This document shows positions 37,101-49,612 of a stretch of 64,000 bases of DNA, one piece after another. A program made the translations under genes and the position numbers. The stretch lies in contig OZ234493.1 in the NCBI GenBank assembly GCA_965153455.1, positions 22,310,213-22,374,212 of the forward strand, given 5' to 3'. Source of the stretch: Sphagnum compactum (taxonomy: Eukaryota). The notes beneath the pieces are model-generated. The model saw only the letters and a list, made by a program, of their open reading frames with translations, did not search any database and was not told where the DNA came from. Numbering within the stretch: the stretch's first letter is position 1; the number at the start of each line of letters is the position of its first letter.

Positions 37101-39829
37101 AAAATAAAAACATTTTTTTGATAATTTCATACAAAATGCTTGCAACTCCAACAAACAAACGCAGCAATTTTTCAAAAGACGATTCCTAGAACAATTTGTT
37201 GTTATCAAGGAAATCCACTTCCAAATTCCAGTCTTAATTCAACTTGAAATTTCTCAAAGCACTCTCATTATGCAAGTCTCTTTGTAAATGTGGGAAAGGA
37301 GTGCATAACAGGGATGGATTCAAGTGTGGTGTTATAGACATTTGACATGACATGAACAACCTCGAAATTTGATTACCTACTTGATGAAATGTAAGAAAGT
37401 TTTGAATTTTTCTTTATTCTATTCTATTATATTATATTATATTATTTCAGGGGTTAATTTTGTTGAACAAGAGGTCATTAAATTTAGATCACCCAACAAA
37501 CTGAAAAACACACACAACAAAGGTCCAACACACAAAAGCTTAGGTACAAATGTCCATCAAAGAGCCCCAATAAAAAAAAGCAAAAAAAAAAAGCCACAAC
37601 TATAAATCCATGTCATGAATAGCTTTGGAAAGCACTTCCGGAGTGCAAATTTCCAGAGGGAAATCTTACACAAGAAAGAGGGGCCACAGTGAACCAGCAC
37701 CCACCAGCACACCATCCATCCACTGGATGCCTGTTATTCCTCAGTTGTGGATGAACCTCAAATGAGTTAATATATGGTTTCACCTTGGTAACCAATTATG
37801 TAAGAAATAGGTCTCATATATGTAGGTGGATAGGTAGGAAAATAGATAACTACTAGGTAACTAGATGGCTCATACATAGATAAGGGCTGTTTTTACTACC
37901 TACTTATTAACAACCCATTTACTAACAACCTGCTAATGGCTTGTTAGTAGGTAGGTAGGTAGGTAAGTAGGTTAAAAAAAAGCAACCGAGGTAACCATCA
38001 TGGTTAGCTAGGGAACTAGAACTCAACAGAAAACTGTCTCCTGACCACTTACCATCCATCCTTCACGATGTGTGTGCATGTTGATGCCAAAGACCACAAC
38101 CCAAAAGACGTTTGAAGATGTCACTCGGACGTGGCATTTTCCGTGACTAAGAAGAGCTCGTCGTATTGTCAAAAATAAAAGTGAGGTGCTCAACGACTTG
38201 TTTTCCGTGAGCTTGCTTTGTACTTTTGGGGAAAAAATTGCATGAGCGGTGCGGTCGTGGTATATACTAATGCATTGTGGTGCGAACTTAAAGGGAAGTA
38301 TGACACATGAACACCTCTGTTTGCCTCCGACCCCCCCCCCCCCCCCCCCTCCCCAATTATTCATCTTTCACCAACTTTTTGTTGTTGAAAATTTCTTAAT
38401 ACCCAAAAGACACACACAATAAAGGAAACAATGCTACCTTATAATTTTTTCTTTGCAATGTTGTGCTTTCCCCCCTCATACCCACAATGGGAAAAAACTC
38501 TCGTGGGGCCACCCACCTTAATATATTTTCTCTCCCCGTATTAACTAACTTGAAAGTTAGTTAATAGGATTGATGCTAATGTGAAACTACTTTGTAGAGC
38601 TTTTCTTTTTATTTGGGGGGTGAATTTCTGCATTGTGGAGAACAAATTTTTTTGTAGAAAATTTAGGAAATTTTCATATTTTTAGTGTAATTTTTTTAAA
38701 AAATTGGAATTTTTTTCAAATATTTGAAACCATAAAACTGAAAAAAAAAAAACTCAGATTGCACTAGAGAAAAGTCCCTTTTTATTTCCCCCCCTCAAAG
38801 TATGCGTAGATTAAAACAATTAAAAAAAACGGAGGGTAAGTAAGATGATCTTGCCTTATACGCAATGTAGGGGTTAATATACTCTATGCCCTATAAAAGC
38901 CATGTAAATAATACATATAATGTATTGCAATAATTCATGATATAATAAAAAAAATTGTATATATTTCATTATATATTTCATTGTATATTACATTTATTAT
39001 TGTTCATACATATAATGTAAGGTGATATATACCTTAAAATACATAATTTTCAAAAGTCATGCATTTTCATTCAAGTTTCAACCAACCCCCCAATATTGTA
39101 ATTTGACATTTTGTAATGTGTCTATTCAATGTTTTACATTCATTTTTGGAAATTGTTATGTACTTTGTTTTTATAAAAAATGTATTGATAAAGAAATTTG
39201 GTGAACCACTTGACATGAAAAAAAAATCCATGTCTATTCAATTATCATTATTTTTCATATTTTAATTTATTTACCCAACTTTTACATGATTTTACACAAT
39301 CATTACAATTTTGCTTTTTTTCTTTTTGTTTTTGACTTTTTCAAGAATCACAAACTTTTTAAAAAATTCATAATTAAATTATATTTACTCAATAAATTTT
39401 TTAATATAAAATAAAATAAAATACCATATAAAGTACCTTTGAAAAACTATATTAAATCTCTCACCCTTTCAAAATATGTATAAAAAAATGTTATTAACCA
39501 AAAAAAAATTCAAAAAACATGACATGATAGTTATTGTTATTTTCCTGAAAATGTTTTGGTTAAGAAAAGGATTAAGAAAATAAAAATTCAAAAATACATT
39601 AAATTTCATTAAAGTTTCAGAGTTTTATATATCCCATTTAATAAATAAATGAATAAATAAATAGACTTGTATGAAGGGAGGTGTTCCCAGAGTCAAGCAA
39701 GCTCAAGAGAGAGAAGAAACAGAGTCCAAAAGGGGATATTAGGAATTTCTTCTTCTTCTCTTCTTCTTCTCTCTCTGTTTTTTTTTTCCCTTCTCCTTCT
39801 GCACGTGGCAACACACAAGTCAAGTGCAC

Positions 39830-40640
39830 AAGAAGAAGAAGAAGAAGAAGAGTAGTGAATGATTCAAGTCAAGTGCACAAGAAGAATGAGTGAATGATTA
39901 AGATGCTTGCAAACAAAATTACATAGATGATTTTTATTTTATTTTTTTCATTTTTTCCTTCTTCTTCTTCTTCTTCTTCAGCATCCAACAATTTAAGGTT
40001 CTTCAGAAGAGGATTATAATTGTTCATATGGAATGATTCACTCAAAATTTGGGGCACTGGCAGAGTTTTGCTAGTAAATTCTGTGTTTGTTTGTCCAGAG
40101 AGAATTTAAGAAACAAGTTTCATTCTCAACAGCTTGCCACAAAATTATTATGTAATGTTTTTTTTTTTTTTTTTTTTGTTTGGTTGCAAGAAAGTAGACG
40201 CATAAAAAACTAACAACAACAAGAAGGAAGAAGAAGAAGAAGCTCAGAAGAAGATGAATTCGTATGATTCATGAAGAATTATGATAATTGTGAGCTGATT
40301 TCATTTCTCTGTGAATTTTCACAAAAGATTTTGTGCCTGCAGTAGTAGCTCTTGTTGAATCCAGAGAGGTAGACCTTGTAGCTGTGATGATTGAAGAAGG
40401 AGGAGCAGCAGCAGCAGCAGAGGAGGAGGAAATGATTTGAAAGAGGAGGAGATCCGAGAAGAAGATCAGTGCAAATTCGGGCTTGATGTTCCAATAGAAA
40501 ATTGGATATCTGACGGTGTGATGAGGAGGCGGAGGAGGAGGAGGTTTGCACTTGAAAAGAAGAAGTTCTAATCTCGGAGGATTCTATTTGATTCGATTCG
40601 ATTCGATTCTCTGTTGTTGTTGTTGTTGTTGTTGTTGTGC
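39830..40640. repeat. Microsatellite cluster in the 5' region of the O-fucosyltransferase gene ((GAA)n, (CTT)n, poly-T, (GCA)n, (GATTC)n, (GTT)n)
   Basis: Visible simple repeats at ~39831, 39958, 40157, 40228, 40405, 40590 and 40613. Confidence 0.85.
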
Positions 40641-40653
40641 TGGAAGCAGCGAG

Positions 40654-43643
40654 ATGATGATGCAATCGAAGCAGTTGTTAACACAGTCATGGACAAGAAG
40701 ATTAAGATCTCCTCCTCATGTGTCAGTGACGGCGGCGATTCTTCTTGTGTTCGCTTCCTTAAGCTTCTTGCTTCTGCTGCTGGTGTTGCTGTCATCGACT
40801 TCTGTTTCTACTCTCTCAATTGCAGGCAGTGCTGCTTTGGTCTCATCCTTGACCTCCTCAAACGTGACCGCCGGCTTCTTCTTCACCGACATGAACAACA
40901 TGTACGACAACAAGACGGAAACTCCGGCTGCGCCTCAACTGCATGCAAATGACATAGCATCTGATGTAGGAATTCTTCATCAAGAAGACAATTCTTCAGC
41001 AACAAAGCTTCACAACGTCGACTCCTCAAACGCAGTTGCAACAGTGATGCCGACTCTTCCCTCAATTGATCAGTCAGTACTCATCCCAGCTCTATCTCCT
41101 GCAGCACCTCCGCAACAAAACTTCATGGTCCAGCTCCAACAAGAAGAAGAAGAAGAAGTTCATGATGTCGAAGGATTAATATATGGAGTTGATGCTGATC
41201 AAAATTTGAATATCGCTTGGTCGCCGGTTGCTGCTGCTGCTGCTGCAGCAGCAGCTCCTTCAGTTCTTAGAGACAAGATGAGCAGGAACAAGCCGGAGGA
41301 CATGATGATGAACCACACAGAAGAAGAAAAAGAAGCATCAACAACAACGGTAATTAGCTTGCAGCCGTTGTTACCTGAATCATCGACTCCTAGTCCATCT
41401 CCTGCTGCTGCTGCAGTCCTCTTTCAAGACGAAGAACGCCAGAGTGCTGCCGAAGTGGAGAAATTCTTGGTGCCGATTCTGAGCTACCAAGTTGGTGCTG
41501 GCAACCAGTTGATGGAGTACATGTCGGCTGCCATCATGGCCCGTGCTCTCAACCGCACTCTTTGCCTTACTGATTTCTTCCCAGGTCCCAGCAGACACAC
41601 TGGTACTAAGAAGCACTGTCCAGAACAAGTCTAGATTCTTCCAAGAATACATCATGCATGGGTCAGGCTTGTAATCTGGGGCATCGCTCTGCTTCTGATG
41701 ATTCCCAAGTTCTTTGTTCTGATTTCCATTCTGGCATGCAATCATAATATTGTGTTGTCTGATCATCATCATCTTTGGGACTTGTTCTTGAACAGGGAGA
41801 TCAGTGAGAGGAGGAGGTGGATTGGCAATGGAAGATCGGTATGACAAGGACTCCCTGTCCAGGTTTGTACGTGTCACGTCCAAGAAGAATTGCTTGCAAC
41901 AGTGTGATAGAAAGCTGGATGCATGGTGGCTGCTGAAACCAATGCGGAAACCCAAAGTCTATGACTGGAAATCCATGCCAACAAATGTATGCAAACTGAA
42001 TCTTCTTCCCTTTGAACAGACCCCACAACACTCTGCAATTCTTTATTTCTTTCTTTCTTTGAACTTCTACATTAGATTGATGGGTACTGCTTGCAATTAT
42101 TTCTTTCTTTCTTCTGTGTTAGATTGATGGGTTTAGGGTCTCCATTCTTGGATGGGTGGTACTGCAATTATTTCTTTCTTTCTTTCTTTCTTTCTTCTGC
42201 ATTAGATTGATGGGTTTAGGGTTTCCATTCTTGAATGGCAGGAGACACTGCACCTCTCTTGGGATTATGTGAGATGGCAGACACCAGCAGACATAGCTGA
42301 AAGACTGGGGAGTTTTTCAAATGCACACTGTGTTGCAGTGGGTGGGTTGTTCCCGGGCCTGAGATGGAGAGGTGGGTTTCTAGCAGTGTCTGCATTTCTG
42401 CAACCTTCCGAACGCATCACAGCTCTAGCAGATGATCTGCAAGCCATGGCCATAGGCATCAATGTCCCTTACCTAGCAGTCCACTGGAGGTTTGAGCAAT
42501 CTGAATGTGGATCTCGCAAGTCTGGATTATGCTTCGTGCGCTGTGGGGATGGTGCTCTTATCGACTCGGGCCTACATCCAGATGCAAAAGAGTGGATTGA
42601 GATGTCCAAAGATCAGTGCAAAAATCGGGCTCTTGGAGTGGGTCTTGACAAATTTGATCTCTTCAATGCCATCTTTGATCGAGCCCAGAATTACAGCCTC
42701 AAGACTGTGTACTTGGCCACAGATGGCTGGATCCGAGGTCCACATGGTGCTGCGCTTGTGAAAGAGGTACCCAATAATGTTCAAATGAAATGAGAGGGTT
42801 TAGGGTTTAAAGGGAGAGAGAGGATAAGAAGTAGGTGCACGTGTCATGCTGAATTGGAAGAAACTCAAAACTGCTCCAAGCTGACACACATTGCAAATTT
42901 GGTGTGCATGTGCTGCAGGCTGTAGAGGAGTTGCGGAACCGCGGACTTGCAGTTGTGGGATTGTGGAATATCAAGCATCTACCCAACTTCCCAGATGGAA
43001 CCACATTCGATCCCAAGTCTACTCTTGGCACAAGACCGGTAATGTACTATATCTACATCGCATCATCAAATGGGCAAGCTTGTTCTTTCTCAATCAGATA
43101 GGTGCAAGGATGTTTTGTGTTGGCATCAATTGGAAGCAATTGCAACAAGAAGAATGATCCTAGATACTGGAGATTGTGTTTGGGTTTCAGGTAAATGGTC
43201 ACCAGATTGCACTGGTTGAGCAGGAGATTTGTACCAGATCAAATGCATTTCTTGGCAGTAGTCAATCAACCTGGAGCCTGGCAGTGTTTCGCTCGCGGTT
43301 GGCTCGTCGTCGTGTGAAGCAGATTCTGGAATCCCATCTAGATGTCACAAGAGCTGAATCCTCAGGGATTCTGCAGCAACAAGGAGACAAGTCCCCGGGT
43401 GCAGCAATCAAGAAGCAAGACTTGCAGCAGGAGGAAGATGATGAAGCAGTGATTGAAGAATTGATGAAAGACAATCATGCTGCAGGGCTGCAGTGTAGAT
43501 ATGCTCGCTACTTCAACAGGATAAGAGCAAATGCAACTGTGGAAACATATGCTGATGAAGTACCTGATGGCTGGCTGGACTTGGAAGCTTGCGAAGGTCG
43601 CATTGGGCATGGTGGAAAATGCACAGTTGCCAAATGTATTTGA
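40654..43643 (+). CDS. O-fucosyltransferase-like type II membrane glycosyltransferase. Exons 40654-41602, 41796-41986, 42242-42766, 42919-43038, 43191-43643
   Basis: N-terminal signal anchor (AAILLVFASLSFLLLLLVLL), long low-complexity stem, then O-FucT motifs GAGNQLMEY..ARALNRTLCL, PYLAVHWRFE, VYLATDG, ALVEQEICTRSNAFLGSSQSTWS; all introns GT-AG with compatible phases. Confidence 0.87.
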
Positions 43644-45197
43644 TACTGCCAACCATTTTTCATTCTCGAGAATGCTGTGTCTTCCTTCTGCAAAGAGAAA
43701 CAGCAGTAAGACTTCTCAAATCCAGCAACCAAGAGATTATAGCTAGCTCGAGCTGGACATAATTCAGGAGATCAAGAATAACACCAATAGAAAGATACCT
43801 GTACATAATTCCAACTGTGTAGGACATGATAGAATGATACAGGAGGTCATGTAGAAGCTTCTTCTCATGGCTTCTTCTTGTTTCCCTACAAAGCAGAAAT
43901 TTGGCAAGAATGTAGCTGAGATATGTAAGAGCTGCGATGAGAATAATTTAAGGTTCAAACCTCACATACACAATCTCTGTGTGTGTGAACATCCCGTCTG
44001 CTACCCGGAAAGAGATAGCAATCTGTCCTCGATTACAAGCAGGAGCATCTCTTCATGCTCAATCATAGAGGTTATAACTGAAGAAGTAGTACATCAGTTG
44101 CCCGGACTAGTGCAGGCAATCAAGAAATTTCGTCGTCATCTGTGGTGGGATGACACATTCATTCTGATCCTGAGATTTATTGTCAATTCTTCTTGGCATT
44201 TTGTATATAATAAGACATGCTAAGGATTTTGATGCTTGAATTCCAAGGAAAGAAAGCTCAGGTGGAAGATCATCACAAACATGACATGAGAGACAGGTTG
44301 CTAGTGATGCACCGTTTGATTGGGGAGTGGCTGAATATCAAGAGCTTTCCTGAGAATTCAACATGCTGTGGGTGATGATGATGATAGCAGCAGCAGCAGC
44401 ATGCACAGTTGTTTGTTGCATCTATTACCAGAATGAAATCTCTGGTGGCTGAGAAGAAGCAGGAACTGGAAAACAGCTTGTTCCTTCATCCATCAAAGAG
44501 GTTAGGATCATCTCTTTACTTTGCACTTTTGATTTTGTTGTGGAGTTGAATCCAACAACTCCTCTAACTGGCTTTGAAGAGTAGAATCTCTGAAGAAGCC
44601 AGTCCTCAGAAGTTATGTTACATATATTTCAGATTTTTTTTTTGGTGGCATTTTGAATGCAAAATAATTGCATATATAGCATGAATTGTAGGTTGATGAG
44701 GAAGATAAAGAGCAATGAATCATTAGTGTTGGGTTGGAATTCCTTTGGTGTAGGAGAGTTATGTCATCCATTCATCACTGAGAAAAACTAGAACCAAAAA
44801 GACAGTAGACCACTGTGGGTCAAGAAAATGTCCATGACAAAACAATGAAGCATGATCAACCAGGAGAAAGATTGGAAAGTCTTGTATTCATCACCATAGT
44901 GAAAGCTCTTTAGCTTCAAGAAGCTCCCTGAACAAAGAATTGTCTTCATCTGTGAGACTGGTGAGAAGCCCATGTATTGTTCATGCAGCCTAGTGAAGAA
45001 GCTGACAAATTACACAGTAGTCAGAATACCACACTGATGTCATGGATGCCATCACCACCCACTCGGGATGTTTTAAGGCTTTTGTTTCATAGCCCTTCTT
45101 CAAAGAGTTTTCCAATGCTGCTTCAAGCTCCTCAAATCAGACCACCATTCCATACACAACTAGTATGATTTAGACTGACTCTAGAGGACTCGCCAGA

Positions 45198-48100
45198 TTA
45201 ATCAGTGACTTCTCCAATTAGAAGATGTTCGCCATCTTCTTTCACAGAATCCACTAGATATGGAGCTCCTGTTTCTGCAGACGAACATGGAAACAGGGGG
45301 GAAGAAAAAAAAAGGTTGGGTATGAGCAAATGCATCAAAACAACTATCAATCACAATGGAAGCAGTAACAACTGTGCATGTGACCCTGTGGTAGTTCTGT
45401 GCAATTGGGAAGAACTACATCGTTTGGGTGATGCAATTGCACAGAGCACATGTGCCCAATTGCACAGAACTACCAAATGTGCCCAATTGCACAGGCCACA
45501 TGCACAATTTTGATTTGTCACTCAAATGCAAAGCAACCTACGAAAAGGATGGCAGCCTGTGGGTATTCAGATTTTTTCCCTTCTGTAAAAAAGGGTCACA
45601 CACCGATGCATGCATGGGAGAGACCAGGTTTGTCTTCACCTACTCCACTTGTCAACAAATGTGGAACCTGACTTGTATAGTATCATAACAACTCAATCAC
45701 TGGCAATTTATAGTGGGAAAGGATTGTACCAGGAGGTAGCAGATTCTTGTACAAGAAATCAAGACATGCTCGACTGTTTATGTCCTTGGAATGCGTCGCC
45801 TGCAGTGCACCTGTCATCCTGCAGTCACAAATTTTAAGATCATGAAAATTCTATTCTGGAAGTTGTAAGTTCTGGCATGATCCATCACTTAGACATAACA
45901 CACAAAATTTTATTTCAAAAACTATCATACTTCTTGGGACTCGTAACTGGCAATGCTCCTGCTCTTTCCATAGAGGTCATCTGCTGCACAAGAATTCTGT
46001 TCGCTGGCAAATGCAGAGTACAATTGTGGGTAATGCGCGAGGTTATTTGAAATTAATTAGGCAATACAGTAGTTTTATGGATTCGCTTAGCTCTCTGCAC
46101 AAAGTAATTCCTTCCTCTCAAGTCCATCCAGAACCACGTACCCTGCTATCTTAGCAATATTCGGAAACAGCAATGGAAAGTCACATTGATCCATATGTGT
46201 AGTACCCTGCCCACAGCAACAACAATTTGTACATTGCCTTTAGAAGAACTATGATTGAAAGTGGGAACAAAGTAATCAGCAGCCAAGGAAGCATACCTAT
46301 ATGGAAAATAGTGTACTTCGAAGTCTTGACCACCAATTGTGGCTACTGTCAATCTGGAATGGCTGGCTACTTGTGTCATGTTTTTCAGATAGTCAAATAC
46401 ATTCCTGAATGCTTGAAGAAAAAAGTTTGTTTTTCAAGCTTGAAGGGACTTCTTCTACTTAAATTGGGATCTATCAGAAATGAGACGATTTTGTTCAGTG
46501 ACAAAAGAATAATTTTGTGCATTGAAATGCTCATTGAGTGGGTTAAACCTTGATTGTCATCAATGCAGTAATCAATGGGCTGGCCTCATTGTGAGCTTGA
46601 GCTCTTCCCGTCATGAACTTCTTGCGACCATTTCTCAAGGCAGCCCAATTGAAACTTTCGGTGTTAAGAAGTAAAACAGGCACTTTGCCTGCCAGTCTAG
46701 AGTAATCCACCTGTACATGCCCAATTCCAACAGACTCAAAAGTGACCACAAAGCTTTAAGGAAAATAGCTGGATAGACAAAAAGACAAAAATAGAGATGA
46801 AAATGACATTAAGATTGACAGTAAAACCCACCACCTCATTATGAAGGTTAAAGTCAGAAAATGAAGTTGGAATATTCATACCAGGAGGTAGCAGATTCCT
46901 GTACAAGAAATCAAGACACAAGAAGTTGGGAATATTCATATACCAAAAGAAACGTTCATACCTCCTCAAGTGGTTCCCACCAAACATCCTCTGCCAGACA
47001 ACATTTGATCCTTTTGTCCACACCGGAAGTAGCAATTGCGGTGGCGCCACCAAAAGAATGCCCATGCATTGCAATGTGGTTTAAATCAAGCCGCTGTTGG
47101 AAAAACTTGGTGTCAAGACTAGCCCTGCCTGTCACACTGTTGAAGTTCTGCATAAGTGAGCCTTGATCTAAGCTCTCGAGCACATCAATCACCTTCTGAA
47201 TCTCCCCAACCCTCTGCAGCAACACGGACAATGACATCATGTACTTTAGAAATGGATATTAACTATAGACTACTGCAGATTTGGCAGAATCTGAATTAAC
47301 AAAATCCAAAAGTGGCATGTGAGTCATGTTAATGCCTGCATATTCTCTTGGAACGCTCCTCAGAAGCTCAATTTTTAAGCTTTTTTTGAAACATCAATGT
47401 TTGAGCATCAAGTCTCTAAGCATCAAGAGATCTTAACCTTAAGATCTAACAGGACTTCTTAGAGCCTCAAATCCTTTGTGACATCTCCATAACTGAAGAA
47501 AACTTGACCTAAATATGTACAATACTTCCAAGATAAGAAAGAAAAACCAATCTTCTTGTATGTCAATCTCAAACACCCAAGAGTTTTATGAAAAGGAAGG
47601 CAAATGGATCATTGATAGAATCCAGCAATGAATTGTGAGGAGGAGAATCCCTCTCCATTAAAAAAGGCACAGGAAGAGAGGGAGGAGCACCATCAAGAGG
47701 AAGAAGAAGGAATTGAACTTTGGGCTTGCAGGGAATAAAAGGTTTAGGACCTCCATAACAAAGGAATGGGTCTACACCCTGACTTTTACCTTAGAAACAG
47801 TGCTTTGTTACCTGCCTAAGTTGCTTCGCACGTTCAGCCATTGGTGTATCACCAATTGGTTTATCACCAAAAGCATGATGTACCCACTTGCATTTTCCTT
47901 CGTGATCATGATAATGAGCCATTGATGATGACCCATCTAAATGCTCCACTGCCACTACAACTGCCATTCAACACCAAATTGCAAACACAGTTAAGATTCA
48001 CATACCAAATTGTGGTGCACTCCACCTCATAACATTCACCACCAGCAAGTATATATACATATTCACACATTCATATGATGCTCAATGAAAAAATGCATAC

Positions 48101-49305
48101 AGAAATGGCCTTCTTGAACAACAGGGGAGCAGGGGAAACAAAACAGAGGACCGTAACTGTAACCATGGGAAGCAAGATCAACGCATGTAGCACTATAAGT
48201 GGTGTGGCAAGCCCACATGCCATGTGAGAATATCACAACTGGCAAGCGCTGCTTCTTTGTGCCTTCTTCACCTTTTGGTGTCAAAAGTGGCTTCTTCACA
48301 GATGCCTGTATTGGCAGCCGAAACCATGTCGCAGAGTAGAAAATAGCTGTAAAACCACAAAAATCCACCCATGCAGTTCGCAGTTAGAAGTCACATAGTA
48401 GGTACAGGGATTGGTTTGTAACAGAACTTTGGATCACAACATGTGATACCCATCAGTTTTGAGCCATAAACAAGACAAAACTGACACAGGTGCATGGATG
48501 GCTTTAGGCTTTAGGCTTACAAAATGAGAACCAAAATGCTCTCTCAAGTGCCAATTGAAGCAGGTCAATTCAAAAAGCATACACAAAGTAGAAGAAGCTT
48601 AAATTCATCAGCTTTTTTTTGTGGTTTCTTCACTGACCTAATTATCTGGAAAGGGTGAAATGAGTTGTGCAGATGGGCAGTCAGGCTTGCAACAGATTGG
48701 GGAAGAAAGAGAAAGAAAATTCAGGAATATGAAAAATGGGAATCAATCACAACAAGTCTGCCTACTGTCTTAGACTACTGTGATTTTAGCTCACACCAAC
48801 ATTGAAAAACTGCAACAGATGGGAAGATCTCAAATGGGTCCAGAGTTTATGGGAAGAAGAAGGTGATGATGACGACGATGACAAGAAGATGGACATGCAA
48901 GAAGGATGATGAAAAGGGGACACACACACAGAGAAGACGGGAGTGAAACATACATGCAATAACCGAAATGCCCAATCTGCTGAAAACTGAACTGGGAGCA
49001 ATAGCTCGTGCCACATAGCCCCACATGTAATTGTAATGCGGAATCCAACAGCGCTCTTTGACATCCCATGGAGACCATCTCGTCTTAGTTTCCGTGGGAT
49101 AGAAAATGCGCATCGGTGGAGCTGCTGCTGCTGCTGCTTTGGAGTCCGCATTTGCTGCATTTGGGTGCACTCCATTTCTTTTGATTTGTTGCTGCTCCGG
49201 CTCTGCTGCTCTTCCTGATCTGCTTCCTTTGTTTTCTTCCGAGCGCCGCAGCTCGAAATCTGCAAACGAGACATGGTAAGGACCTAGAGGCTTTGGCAAA
49301 CTCAT
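45198..49305 (-). CDS. Platelet-activating-factor acetylhydrolase-like alpha/beta hydrolase. Exons 49305-48954, 48346-48158, 47960-47812, 47213-46962, 46710-46549, 46206-46142, 45818-45730, 45274-45198
   Basis: LPKPLGPYHV, MRIFYPT, LPVVIFSHG..TYSATCVDLASHGYIVVAVEHLDGS, QLRQRVGE, nucleophile motif GHSFGGAT, EDVWW (Asp), GTTHMDQCDFP (His); exons join in frame to TAA at 45200-45198. Confidence 0.9.
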
Positions 49306-49344
49306 TTTTTTTTTTAAGAAGGAAAAAAAAAAAAAAAAGACGCC

Positions 49345-49612
49345 CACAAATCTCAACCTCAATCTCTCATTCTTCCACACACAATCGCAACCTCAATCTC
49401 TCACTCTTCCCACACACAATCTCAACCTTAATCTCTCATTCTTCCACACACAAACACAACCTCAATCTCTCACTCTTCCCACACACAATCTCAACCTTAA
49501 TCTCTCATTCTTCCACACACAAACACAACCTCAATCTCTCACTCTTCCCACACACAATCTCAACCTTAATCTCTCATTCTTCCACACACAAACACAATCT
49601 CAATCTCTCTTC
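49345..49612. repeat. Tandem repeat, 69-bp unit made of two ~34-35 bp subunits, ~3.8 copies
   Basis: TCTCAACC anchor at 49351, 49420, 49489 and 49558; near-identical copies. Confidence 0.95.

Noticed and set aside
38328..38354. Long poly-C run (possible G-quadruplex on the minus strand)
   Set aside because: Simple homopolymer of uncertain length with no supporting context.
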